This document shows, piece by piece, positions 27,695-40,097 of a stretch of 64,000 nt of DNA (positions are counted from its first letter, which is position 1; every line of letters starts with the position of its first letter). The stretch comes from Lophium mytilinum (Eukaryota): NCBI GenBank assembly GCA_010093605.1, contig MU004191.1:1224816-1288815 (forward strand), given 5' to 3'. The translations under genes and the position numbers were made by a program. The notes beneath the pieces are model-generated. The model saw only the letters and a list, made by a program, of their open reading frames with translations. It did not search any database and was not told where the DNA came from.

Positions 27695-29251
27695 TCAATC
27701 GAGGAACATTGCTGTGTCGAATTGTTTGAAGTCACCGTGGCTCATAGCCTCTTCGTAGTCGTAATCGGGCTGAAAATTTGCGTAAAGTCTCTCCTATTGC
27801 ACTGAATGTGAGTCCTCGCAGTTAACAAATAACAGGGATCCTTACCGGGTCACTGGTCAACTTGAAATTGTGTGCAGCCTCGTGTTCGCCAATGAGATTC
27901 TTAGGTTTCCCAGCAGCAGTGGCAGCGTCAGCTAAAAGCTGCACTTGACAACATCGCTCCATGAGCCCGAGAAGGTACGCTGCCTCGTCCACAGTCCCGC
28001 CAGTAGTGAGCAGTCCATGATTCATGAGAAGACAAGCTTTGTTTCGTCCAAGAGCTGATGTGATGTTACGGCTTTCTTCTTCACCTAGCACGACGCCTCC
28101 GTAATTTGTATATACGCTGTGGGCTTTGTAGAAGTTGCATGCGTCTTCCGTAATCATCTCCAGTGGCTTCCCTAACGCGGAGTATGCGCCCCCGTGAATG
28201 GTGTGAGCGAGACATACAGCGTTGACATCTCCCCTAGCAAGATGGATGAACTTGTGTATCTGGAATCCTGCGGCGTTTGCAGGGCGCGACTGGACATTAA
28301 CAGGTCAGATATGGAGCTTGAAAGCTGTGTTGACTGTAGTCGAGACTCACTCTATTACCGCCCAGTACCATACCAGTATCCATGTCGAGAAGTATCATAT
28401 CACCTGCTTTCAAAAGGCCAAAATGAATCCCTAGGGGATTGATCCAAAAAGCATTTGTGTACTCTGGATCACGAACACTGATATGCCCCGATATGCCTTC
28501 GATGTAGCCACGACGATTGAAATATCGGAAAGCTGCCGCCATATGATTGAGCTGCCAATTCCGTTTCTCCGCGAACGACGGGAATTCAGGTATTCCTATA
28601 AGCTCCTGAGCATTCAACCGGCCGAAGAGTAGGAGGATAAGAATTACCTTTGAGGGGCATAGTACCATGGGATATCTGTTGCAAGGAAGTAGACAGTCCA
28701 GGTATAAACATAGGCAAATCAGGCACTGTTTCTTGCCCCTTTCCGCACGTTTGACATTGCTTGAGTAGAGCAAGAGTTTCTTGGCGCGTAGGCCCATAGT
28801 ATCGTTCCATAAGAGCAGTAGCAGTGTTCTGGTGCCCCCTCGGCCCATGTATATCGTGTTCATAGACAATCGTCTTGAATAAGTCTTCCTCTACAATGAC
28901 TCTGCGTTCGCGTGTGTGTTTTCGGGTTGGCAATGCAAAGAGACATTTCTCGATTGGGCAAAATCGGAAAGTATGCTTCCACCAATGGCGATCACTCTGG
29001 TCTTTCGCAGTCGGACATGCTCGGGACGGGTTCGTAAACCAGAGAATCCCCCTTTTCACTTCTTCGGCAGAGCGCCGCCGGCGACCTGGTTTGGAGGTCA
29101 CCGTGATTAGCTTGTAGAATGTAGCTTGCGCGTCCGCCGGAAACGCAGCTATCGCGCGTTGATGATCGTACGCGCGAGTTCCAGGACGTGGACCTGGTGG
29201 TTCTGTTATGGGTGCCACTTGAAATGGTGATGGATATATTGGCATGGCCAT
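27695..29251 (-). CDS. Class II aldolase/adducin-domain protein with in-frame N-terminal integrase-like H2C2 region; shorter alternative start at 28711
   Basis: Spliced ...ISHGTMPLK/GIPEFPSFAEKRNWQLNHMAAAFR..EGISGHISVRDPE..WINPLG..NHGLLTTG..DP/ERLYANFQPDYDYEE. Introns 28596-28647, about 28290-28350 and about 27794-27845. Confidence 0.8.
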
Positions 29252-29585
29252 GATGAAACACGCAATGATTTGGTGAAGTGAATAATGGTATGGAATGGCT
29301 GATAGTCTCGGAGATCCTGTCTTTCCTACGTCAGACGGTCACAAGATGGTGCGTGAATGCCCGGCGAATATCAAGATGTAATACCTCTCTTCTTGGTAGG
29401 AGAGTATCCGGCTTCCTGGCGTTGACAGAAGAGGATGCAGATTTGGACGTCGTGGTTTGGCAGAAAACCGTGGCCATTTGAGCGACCGCACCCCGCCACA
29501 AATTCGCCCGTGCTGAACTCGAGCTTCACAACCTCGCCCACCACATCGTCTCGAAACTGCTGCCATATCAAGGGCTAACGCAGAC

Positions 29586-30543
29586 ATGGTTTACTACTTC
29601 ACGAGCAACACGGTATCCCCGGCTGCCTTCATTTACGTTGGCAAGGACAAGGTTGAAAGTGAGATACTTAGCCGTCAGACCGTGTGAACGATCTACTCAC
29701 TCAATTTAGACGAAGAATTGATCAAATATGGACTAGATGAGGACGTCTGGTAAGTGTCTAAAAAAATTAAGCCGCTTCTGATCTGTTATCTAATCGTCCT
29801 ATTAAGGGTACTGATTTGTTGAAGGACTGCTCCGAGCTCTAAATAACACCTTCCAGTTCCATGTCGACAACCTTTCCAGCGCTCACGTATACCTTCGAAT
29901 GAACGAGGGAGACTCATGGGACTCGATACCGTCAGATCTTCTCACAGACTGCGCACAGCTGACGAAGGCCAATTCGATTGAGGGTCTAACTATCTGAGCC
30001 CTTCCTTAGCTAAATGCACTGACACTCGGCAAGGCAACAAGAAGGATAACATCACTGTCATCTACACGCCATGGTCCAACCTCAAAAAGGATGGCAGTAT
30101 GGCAGTTGGCCAAGTGAGCTTCAAAGATCAGCGCAAGGTATGCTAGCTAGATCTTGAAGCCCAACGTACAATAGTCTAAACCCGAGGCAGGTCAAGAAAA
30201 TCCATGTTGCTCAACGAGAAAATGTCATCGTGAATCGTCTTAATAAGACAAAAATCGAGAAGTTTCCCGACCTTCGACAAGAGAAGGAAACGCGACAGAA
30301 GGAGCTGAGGCATCGCGACAAAGCTACCCAACTTGCCCGGGTAAGCAGCTCTGATCATCAGCCATTTGGCTCAACGCTAATCTCTGTTCTGCACAGCAAA
30401 AGGAAGAGGCTAGAGTAGCTAAAGAGCGCAAGGAGAAGGCTTGGCAGAGGGATCATGCCTACGACGATCTGCTCTCTGAAGACGCAGTCGCATCTTCGAG
30501 CAACCAAGACCGGGATCCAGACTTCGAAGACGACTTCATGTGA
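29586..30543 (+). CDS. CCDC25/Jlp2-like protein (NFACT-R/DUF814 domain)
   Basis: [23 protein letters not shown]../[46 protein letters not shown]. Five introns. Confidence 0.93.
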
Positions 30544-30724
30544 ACTCTTACTGAATCTATGCCGATGAGATCGCTGAAGGGGAGATTCTTGCGTACGCTG
30601 TCGCGCAGTTCAAGATCTCTTCTCCAGCGTCTTGACCCTTAACGTCAATCTGCCCACTTATTACCCGTGTCGGTTGCCGTGAGGATCCAGGATCGAATTG
30701 ATGGAACGGAACAGGTTCGGCTAT

Positions 30725-31174
30725 TCAGTAGTCAAGCAGCGGTGGCTGGGACATTGGCAGACACATTCCCATACTCTCGTTCAACATTCGGATGTTATGG
30801 TTCCACGGGTCATAGGCTGTGTATCTCGTCCAATTCTGGTCGGCATCACTAAGAAGTAATCAACACGTAGCCATATGCTCCACTAGAAAGCAAATTTACT
30901 TTTTGTTCCTGGGCATCCTCGGTCTCCCCTGGTGGAACCATACATGGAGAAAGCTCTTGAGGAGGCGATGTTCTAACCCTGTCTCCCGTGTGGCGCCCTT
31001 GAGAAACTCAATTGTGTTGTCGATCTTGGACTGGCTAAATTCGAGTGGATCGCCCGTTCGAAAGGCGAGGCGGAGACGATCACGCAGCGTATATCGAGCA
31101 GGCGTTGAGAATTGTACAGCGCGAAGGCCGTGGCGGTAGAGGTGCCGATAGGCATGCACTATTTTGGAGGACAT
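30725..31174 (-). CDS. DUF1763-like small protein (LYR-like N-terminus, probably mitochondrial)
   Basis: MSSKIVHAYRHLYRHGLRAVQFSTPARYTLRDRLR; one intron near 30850-30899; last exon contains MLNESMGMCL. Confidence 0.75.
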
Positions 31175-31801
31175 GCTAAGGACGGAGGCAAAGACTTGAT
31201 ACTGCTGGGGAGCTAAGTCGAAGAGGATCAGATACAGATGCACACATGACAAGACACAAGGAGCACAGCAAGAGGCACACATATCGAAGAGCTATAGGGC
31301 TGAGAGATGCGACGGGGTGCGGAACTTGCCGGGGCTAGCGACAAAGCTTGGCGCCGCCCATTTCCCGTCTGTCAACAACCTCGTCCCGCTCCGCTTCACC
31401 ACCCGTCCTGTCAACATCGTGCTTCAACCCTGGAGCCCTGGGATCGCTCTTCGACCCGCGAAGTTGAAGCCGTGGATCTCTTGAGTGTTGAGTCGATGAC
31501 AGCGACAACCTTGACGACAGGCAACTAGCAGTTAGCGACAGACAACAGCTGAGCTGCTACCCATTGTGGTTGCGAACCTGGGATTGTGTTCGCCGTCCGA
31601 TGAGACGGCGCGTGACTCTTACACAACAGCGTTTGGAATAGCGGAGAGGAAGACGAAAGCCCCTGAGGAGCAGCTAGCAGTGCGGACGAACGAAGCACGC
31701 TCGAGGGCACGGCGAAGCACTAACCGATAGTCATCTAGATTTTCTTTAGGTCCTCCCGCCGAATCTTCAAAACACACTCAACGGAGTGGGTCAAGCACGC
31801 C

Positions 31802-34001
31802 ATGACGAGATTGAATCATCGAGCACCAGCCGGTGCAGCCGAAGGAACGCGCGCTGCCGGTATTCTCGCAGCGCGAAAGAAAGATGAGGAAAAAAAGAAA
31901 ATCCCAATCCACAAAGTGGTATTCGAGATGGTGAAGACGAAGAAAAAGGAATTCAGGTGCCAGGTGTGTTGTACCTCCCGTTCAGACGAAACGAAGCTCA
32001 TGCGTCACCATCTAGCATACATTCGGCGTCAAATCTCCTGCAGGCTACACTTATGTTCCTGCCGGCACGCCGGACCTTACAGAGCGTTGTAAAGAACTCT
32101 GCATGCGGGAAGACTTGTTAGCATATCTTGTTTCGGTGGGCGTCTCTTCCAATATTTCATGTCCGTTTCTGCTAACACATAGTCAGGATAAGCCTACTAG
32201 GGATGCCCAACGCGACCCTACAAGGATTGCTTATTACGTTCACCGAGTTGGGTTTCACTTTCCTTCCAGAGTTGTAGACATGGCATGCGAGTATCATGGC
32301 TATGTCACTCACCCTAATGGAGGCTACTTTCGGCCAAGAGATCGTAATGAATGCAACTGGATCGCCCGCAGCCTCAAACAACATGGTAAACGCATCGGCA
32401 ATGGCCGTGACCTGACGTTACAAGAGACGAAGGATCAGATCAAAGCAGCCATGCTCGATTTGTTCCCGAAGATTCCGGACGAGGATATGAAAGAGGTCAT
32501 TCGGCGCGCTTTTGGCCAGGTAATATGCGACCTGTCACTCATTCTTTTGTGGTGGTGTTAACGATACTTAGGACGAGGCCACAGTTGGCAATAGCGAAGA
32601 ATCCCTACCCCGCCGTGTGCAGCTTGCGGTGGGCGCTCACATTCGCCACCAGTACACAGACTATGACAAACTCCTGAGACAGTCTGTACGGCGGCCCGTA
32701 GCCAGACAGATTGTTGAGGAGATCTGTGTAAAGATCATGGTGAACTGGCGCGGTGAAGATCCCGAGCAAATGGAGGAGGTTTTCCGCGAGGTGATAATTC
32801 TCGACGATGACGACGAAGAGGATGGCGACCGCCACGTCAATAACCAAAATAGCAGGTCTGAGGGCGATGAGGAAGACGATGAAATCGAGATCACCCTAAG
32901 CGAAGCTGGACCCCAAGATCTCCTGCCTTATCAACGCGATACCATGAACGCTCATCAGTTCGAGACTCGCCGCACTGCCCGCGCTCACGAACCAGCCTAT
33001 GTTGTGCGTCCCACCGCTTCGCGCAATGGCTCAAACCTACCGGCTTTTTCCTTACCTCGCACTGCTCTGCAGACATCCATCGACCAGGATCATCGCCGTC
33101 CTCGTTTCGAGTCCCGTCCGGAACAGCTCGTCGTTGCTGGCACGGCCCGTATGCGCTTATCTGATCATCGTCCTGGTCGTTTACCCGCCGCAGAGCCCAA
33201 CCGAGGGTATCTACCGGCTACTAACAGGTGAGATCTCATCACTTTGGCTCACGGAAAATTGCTCATTTGTCTCAGGCCCACCGCTCCATCCTTGATCTCG
33301 CCCCGGCAGAACGCGCCAATGCAAGGAAGAGATGCCCATGGGCGGCTTTTCAATGTAAGTGCTCAATACCTTGCGATCTTGCCATCTTGCAATAGCCATG
33401 TCTCTTTCCACCTTTGCATACTCATCATAACTAGCTGCAACCGGTAGAGGACGAACCATTCGAACCTATTCCAGTACGTTCTAACGCGGTACGACATCGC
33501 GATCCCTTATATGCTGCACCTAACCCAGTACATGTCCGCCTTGACCCACAGCGTGTCCGGACACATGCTGAGGCGGGAGGCCAGCAACTCCCTCATATGA
33601 CTGACATGCACACTCCACTGCCGAGAGACGCACACCTCAGGCTTCCAAGGACGGTAGATCATGAGCATGATAGGCCCATTCCTTCTATTGAACGAGATAT
33701 GGCTCCGCTAGACTATGGGTTCACTCATCCGAAGGTGACTCCTACGCATGACGAAGCACGATACAATTTGAGGAACAGAGTTCGCCCTCCACCCATCGCA
33801 TCTCGCTTTGGGATCCCAGGTAACTTATCGCAAAACTCAATTGACGCTTCTGTTGGAATTGCTGCTAAAGGCCATGGACTCAGCCAAGCGTCTAAACGGC
33901 AAGATTTGGTATGTTCGCCAAGTACCAATGGCATGAACTTCTCCGCGCTAAAATTCATTTCCTATCAGCGCCACCAGGTCGTCAAACACTCCTGGGCCTA
34001 G
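31802..34001 (+). CDS. DUF2293-domain protein, multi-exon; 3' end uncertain
   Basis: VHRVGFHFP, LDLFPKIP, QLAVGAHIRHQYTDYDKLLR...VNWRGED, followed by acidic and low-complexity tails. Confidence 0.75.
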
Positions 34002-34038
34002 TCACACCTCCGAAACCATACCTGGACGCCTGTCGACG

Positions 34039-34671
34039 TTGAAAGGTCTCCGATATCTTCGGATGTCGACTGCCCTAGACAACTCCGAACTTTTGGCTGC
34101 AATGCAGACCATGACTCTGACTAATTTACCTTCATGCTCGAACCTATCTGAAGCCCCAGCGAATGGAGTGGAATCTTCCGCTGAGAATCATCTCGTCCTT
34201 CACGCAGCTAGCACATCAATGCTGCCAACCACTAATTCTCTTTCTTCTCACCAATCGGTAGAACGTACCGACATTGAGAAACCCCCTCTCTCTCATTTAG
34301 CCAGTCCATCAACGTCCATGAAAGTTCTTCCTAGTCACTCTTGTCAATCCCATCTGCCGGTAAAGCCTATCACTGTTGAGGAACTTCCTAGCTCTCCTGT
34401 TCTGCGTTCCAGCCTTGTTTTCAAGATCCACCCAGATCACGGAAAGCCACAGTGGCGGCTTGAACAGAAAGCCTTGGGATTGTTATCTTTCGAGGATGAT
34501 CTCGAGCTTGAAGATCAGGCGTTCGAAGAATCGGAAGCAAAAAAGCGCCGTAAGAACGACGAGAAAGACGAGAAAAGGAGAGCGTCCTTCAAGAGTTTTC
34601 TGATGTACTTCCCTGAGGCATCGGCGCGCGAGCGCCACAGAAAGTATGGGCGGGTAGGCAGAAGGATGTGA
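34039..34671 (+). CDS. Hypothetical ORF; may be a terminal exon of the DUF2293 gene or a separate gene
   Basis: 210-codon ORF, Ser-rich then charged and basic end. No recognisable domain. Confidence 0.35.
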   Translation: MKGLRYLRMSTALDNSELLAAMQTMTLTNLPSCSNLSEAPANGVESSAENHLVLHAASTSMLPTTNSLSSHQSVERTDIEKPPLSHLASPSTSMKVLPSHSCQSHLPVKPITVEELPSSPVLRSSLVFKIHPDHGKPQWRLEQKALGLLSFEDDLELEDQAFEESEAKKRRKNDEKDEKRRASFKSFLMYFPEASARERHRKYGRVGRRM

Positions 34672-35760
34672 AGGAACATCATCTTGAAAAAGCTCGAGGC
34701 TGATCGGTCATCAACTTAATCCTAACGATGACATATGGGCTACAGGCTTTTTGGCGGGATTGATGTGCAGCGGGATTCTAATGGTGCTGGGGCTTTCTTT
34801 CTTGTTTCTATGCATAGCGTGGTGCGGCTGAGGCCTCTCATTTTCTTTGCTATGCATGGACACGACGGATCAATGCATGCTTATACCCCGAGGGATTTCT
34901 TGGAGTTGTGGGATGAGAGGACTGGTGGGTGGAATGCAGCCAGGACTTGAAAGGACATCCGGATACGACTAATTGAGAACAAAAGCACTGTAATATAAAT
35001 ATTCTGCCGACTTTCAATTCCTTTTCAAGGTCTTTTAACAACGTCGGTGAACGTTTGCTTCATGTTCTAAATCAGGCCATCAAGTTGTGATTCTGAAATA
35101 GTAGACAGTGTCTGCCTAGCCATGGATTTGATGGCAGTGATATAGTACTATGCCATAAGTCTGGCACACAGGTCTGTCACTGTTGGCTTCACTGTTGCAC
35201 ACTTGACACTACTGTAAGGGGCAGCCCCACTAGTCAGTGACCACCGTGTCAAGAGGTAGTCTGATCATTATTGCATTAACTATCACATCTAATGTCGCAT
35301 ATTTAACTGAAGAAGCTTTAGTCCTATTAAAGCAATACTGCTGTAAGGGGTAGCCTAACTGCAAAGGAGATGCTCAGTCAGGAGACAGTCTAATCTGCAC
35401 GGCTTGAACCTTTACATCGCCTTTGAATCTTCGAAGCATATAGGGGGTGCCCCAAGCAGTGGTCAACCGGTGTGCCCAGACTTATGGCCTGTCGCAGTAA
35501 AAGGTCTTGAACCAGGCTCTAACCCGAGCAGGCATGGCCCCAAGGCCTTCTGATTATATTACTAAGTTTTTATAATGACGGCCTGCAGTGAGCCTTTCGC
35601 TGGAGATAACGAGATCTGTACTGCCCGTATGAGAAGGTGGGTGCCCTTTCCCCGATACGGGACGTTAATTTTCACGACGAGCTCGGACCACATAAATAAA
35701 TTACCAAATCTACTCAGAGAGTTTGTCTTCTTGACAGCATGAAACAACGGCGACGACGAC

Positions 35761-37233
35761 ATGGTCCAGCATCTGTTATCCCTCGTGGTCCCTCAGAAGC
35801 ACGTAAAGCTCGTAAAAACAGCGTTAGAACAGCAAGGCAAGCTCAATCGAGCTGCGAAAATCCGGTCAATCTCAGACGACAATGCTAGTCTCGGATCTGG
35901 GGGGAGGTGTAGTATACCAACTACTATATCAACCGGAGAGTATACACATTTCAAGGAAAACAGTAGCACTGCTTTAGAGGATATCTTGGGGGACATTCTC
36001 CGTGACCTCGATATCGGAACGGCTATCAGAAATATCTCTGTTACTATCTCTGATGCGGAAACACAAGAAGAACATCCCATCAACCGCAACCCGCTCATAG
36101 CAGGGATAGAAACATGGCTCTCTGGACTACCGCCAGACCTTCTTTCGTCTCTCGCTCTTACACCTTCTCCTCTCCTCTCTTCTTTCCCAGGCACCTACTC
36201 CGTCTACCCACCTCTCTTACTCTTCCCAGCACACGCATTCGCCTCACCACACTGGCAAACCCTCCTCGCCGCCCTCCAAACCCACCCGAGCCAGCTAAAC
36301 CACCTCTACGCCTCCCTTGCCGCATCCGTCAACACAACCCACATCGCCCTCAACGCCCCCATCCCTCCACAGAACCAAGGCCAACTAACCTCCAACATCC
36401 TCCGCAGCCCCGTCTCCCTCACCCCTCTCTACAACTCATTCGGCCCCGCGCCAACCCCCTCTACCCAAACGGTCCCATCCCCTGCGGACTTCGAGGACGC
36501 GTTCTGGTGCTCCGCGCGCCAGAATGGCATCGCGCAGACGTGGGCGCCGCTGTACACGATGTTCTCGCGGGGCAACGTGTCGGAGAAAGCGCGGGTGCTG
36601 CGCCTCCCGTCCGTCCGCTCCGCTGTGGAAGACGGTAGCTGTGGGGAGGGGGGCACGGGAAGGGGATGCACGGCGGTCGATATGTACACGGGGATTGGGT
36701 ATTTCGCGTTCAGCTACCGGAAGGCTGGGATGGCGAGGGTGCTGTGCTGGGAGCTGAATCCGTGGAGTGTGGAAGGGTTGGTGAGAGGGTGTGGGATTAA
36801 TAGGTGGAGTGTGGAGAGGATGGTTCTCGCCCCCGATGAGGAAGGGGAGGAGCGGGGAGAAGTTCCGGAGGCGGAGTTCTTAGTCTTTCAGGAGTCGAAT
36901 GAGCATGCCGGTGGGAGGATTAGGCGGTTGAGAGATAGGCTACCGCCGATACGGCATGTGAACTGTGGGTTGTTGCCGACTTCGAGGGGGAGCTGGAGGA
37001 CGGCGGTTGTGGCTGTGGATCCATCATTTGGAGGTTGGGTACATTTGCATGAGAATATGGCTGTGGGTGAGATTGGGAAGAAGGCGGAACAGGTTACGAG
37101 GGAGATTGAGCAGATATCGAGGGATGAAGGCAGAGGAGACGTCAAGCTGGAGCATATGGAGAAAGTAAAGACATATGCGCCTGGAGTCATGCACTGTGTG
37201 TTAGATATTTGGATAGGTCCGAGGCAAGACTAA
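35761..37233 (+). CDS. TYW2: tRNA wybutosine-synthesizing protein 2 (Trm12/TYW2)
   Basis: QNGIAQTWAPLYTMFSRGNVSEKAR, SAM motif DMYTGIGYF, HVNCGLLPTS, HLHEN, KVKTYAPGVMHCVLD. Confidence 0.92.
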   Translation: MVQHLLSLVVPQKHVKLVKTALEQQGKLNRAAKIRSISDDNASLGSGGRCSIPTTISTGEYTHFKENSSTALEDILGDILRDLDIGTAIRNISVTISDAETQEEHPINRNPLIAGIETWLSGLPPDLLSSLALTPSPLLSSFPGTYSVYPPLLLFPAHAFASPHWQTLLAALQTHPSQLNHLYASLAASVNTTHIALNAPIPPQNQGQLTSNILRSPVSLTPLYNSFGPAPTPSTQTVPSPADFEDAFWCSARQNGIAQTWAPLYTMFSRGNVSEKARVLRLPSVRSAVEDGSCGEGGTGRGCTAVDMYTGIGYFAFSYRKAGMARVLCWELNPWSVEGLVRGCGINRWSVERMVLAPDEEGEERGEVPEAEFLVFQESNEHAGGRIRRLRDRLPPIRHVNCGLLPTSRGSWRTAVVAVDPSFGGWVHLHENMAVGEIGKKAEQVTREIEQISRDEGRGDVKLEHMEKVKTYAPGVMHCVLDIWIGPRQD

Positions 37234-37926
37234 TAAGATATCAAGTGTTTTCGTCCAACTTGGTGACATCTGAGGGCTTTCTACTAGCTATCTTAGCTAC
37301 CCCTGACTACGGTATCATGCAAAAAAAGGTGAAGCTATGTAAAGGTATATCTGTGTCTGCTATTTAGAACATCTATACAAAATTTAGTAGTTAACAGTCC
37401 GTATTGGCATGAGCTTGGGAGTGTTTGATGTAGAAAGGGATGGTATATCATGGAGATATTTTTCCAGGCGGTTTCTTCACTTAGCATGGTTGTTTCTTGC
37501 CTACATACTCCAACAACGATGACACGGGTTGTGATAGTCACGTGAAACACGACTCGGGGTGAAATTCTCCGCCAACTCGACCTAAGCGTCCCCTCCAGCC
37601 AACCCACATCGCGACCCGTTGCTTTTTGCCTTCTGGCGTCGCTGTCCCACGGAGAAATTATGTACCAGGCCCGCCTTCGGCATACCTGCCCCACCATAAC
37701 CGAGAGATTTTGACACGGGATCCCTAAAGCAGACGTAAACTTCGTACCACATCCCACCATCGTGAACCCCTCGTTGGCGTCCACTTTACCCGCATATAAG
37801 TGCCCAACGCAGATTGGCAACATGGACCAGCTGTCATATAGCCGCCCTCTGTCCCGTGCAGGTCGCGAGCGTGACAAAGATCTTTTTCATCCTTCCTGAG
37901 TACTCTTTCCTAAGACCAGTGCAAAA

Positions 37927-39101
37927 ATGTCTACTACTCAGACCGTAACAGCTGTGAAGCCGTCGAAAGCAAACATCGGTGTATACACTAACCCTGAGCA
38001 TGATCTCTGGGTTGCAGAAGCCGAACCCAGCCTGGAGTCAGTGCAAAAAGGCGAAGGTCTCAAACCAGGCGAAGTTACAATCAGCATCAAGAGCACTGGC
38101 ATCTGCGGGTTCGCATCCTCAGTCCCCACGGTGCCTTCTACGAAGCTAACACTCTCCCTACCAGCTCCGATGTCCACTTCTGGCACGCGGGCTGCATCGG
38201 GCCCATGATTGTCAAAGACACGCACATCCTGGGCCACGAATCCGCCGGGACAATCCTCGCCGTGCACCCCTCGGTCACAAGCCTCAAGCCCGGCGACCGC
38301 ATCGCCATCGAGCCCAACGTCATCTGCAACGCTTGCGAGCCCTGCCTGACAGGCCGCTACAATGGCTGCGAGAAAGTCGAGTTCCTCTCCACCCCCCCAA
38401 TCCCGGGCCTCCTCCGCCGCTACGTCAACCACCCCGCCGTGTGGTGCCACAAGATCCCAGACAACATGACCTTCGAAGACGGCGCGATGCTGGAGCCGCT
38501 CTCGGTCGCGCTGGCAGGCATGCAGCGCGCGAAGATCGAGCTTGGTGACCCGGTCGTCGTGTGCGGCGCGGGGCCTATTGGGCTTGTCACGCTGCTGTGC
38601 TGCAAGGCGGCAGGAGCTTGTCCTCTCGTCATCACAGACATCGATGAGGGCAGGCTGAAATTCGCAAAGGAGCTCGTGCCCAGCGTGATCACGCACAAGG
38701 TCGAGTTTTCGCACTCACCGGAGGATTTCGCAGCCGCTGTGGTGAAGGCCATGCACGGGACCGAGCCGGCCGTCGTGATGGAGTGCACGGGGGTGGAGAG
38801 CAGCATTGTGAGCGCTATTCAGACGGTTAAGTTTGGTGGCAAGGTCTTTGTTATCGGCGTGGGCAAGAACGAGATGAAAATTCCGTTTATGAGGCTCAGC
38901 ACGCGCGAAATCGACTTGCAGTTCCAGTATCGGTACGCCAATACGTGGCCGCGAGCGATTCGGTTGGTGAGCAGTGGAGTCATCGATATGAAGAAGCTGG
39001 TGACGCATCGGTATAAGTTGGAGGAGGCGGTGGAGGCGTTCAAGACGGCGGCGGATCCAAAGACAGGCGCTATCAAGGTGCAGATCCAGAGTCTGGATTG
39101 A
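37927..39101 (+). CDS. lad1: L-arabinitol 4-dehydrogenase (zinc-dependent MDR family)
   Basis: N-terminus [15 protein letters not shown] typical of [25 protein letters not shown], four-Cys structural Zn site, [18 protein letters not shown]. Intron 38109-38164. Confidence 0.9.
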
Positions 39102-40097
39102 TGGGTTGGTTCATTAGAAACTTTAGAGTATGTAATCTATGAGAATTTCAATTCCAGATTGTCCTCTCGGGTTGTTCGTCGAGGCACCTCTGGTGATGTG
39201 CAAATAACCTAGTCTAGCGCTGCGATCCCCGTCATCAATATCGACACTTTCCGCAGTCAAGATACAAGTTGATACATGCTGACCGTCAAATTCAACGTGA
39301 CCCTGATTGGTTTAGTCACTAGATATCTCTGGTTTGCATTAACAGTAACGGTGACTGATGCTTAGAGCTCTAACGAACCCACGCCGCTTCACATAGCAGT
39401 CGGCTCCCCTCATTCTCGACAGCATATAGGCGCTGGAGTGCGGGGGATGGGCAATTTGGAGTGCTACAAAGAGGAGGGCGAGAATTTAACCCCTGGAAGA
39501 CGCGCACAAGGCACTATGTGGCGCTCAGATCGGCCACAACATGCGTCTAAATATGCCTCTAAACGAGGCCAACGAGGGTCTGCTGCAGCAATAGGCGGCG
39601 GCAGCCAATAGACGGAGTCCCCTCCTCCAACGGCAGAGTGGTCGAGAGGGTGCTGCGGGTGGACGCCGTTTGATAAGGACGCCGCTAGCAACACGTCGCC
39701 CGAGAAACAGACTCCTTTGCATCGCCATCATCGCCCCAGTGTGCTCCCTAGGTCCCGTTGCTTGCCTACTTGAATCTCTCGCCAGCACGCGTCCCCAACA
39801 AAGGCCCTCGGTGCCAATTACGCTCGTTTCACCCGCCTGCCACGCTGCTCACCTCATCGAGTTCCCAGCGTGCTGCGTACTGTACAGCCTCAGGCGCCCC
39901 TGCCCCCCTCGTCTTCTCAGCCCGTCAGCATTGAGAAGCGCCTCCTGGCTGGCGAGCTTCCCTCATTTCATTGCTGCACGCCCCCGGGACTGGTCCCGAC
40001 CATCAAGCCGCAAAAAGCTTCTTTCCATCTCCACCTTCGCTCCCGTCCTCGTCTGCTCCTTTCGACACCCTCACACTGACCCCCTTCGCCCTTCACA

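Noticed and set aside
28586..29251. Intact retrotransposon
   Set aside because: Only an H2C2-like motif; no DDE core, RT, RNase H, gag or LTRs.
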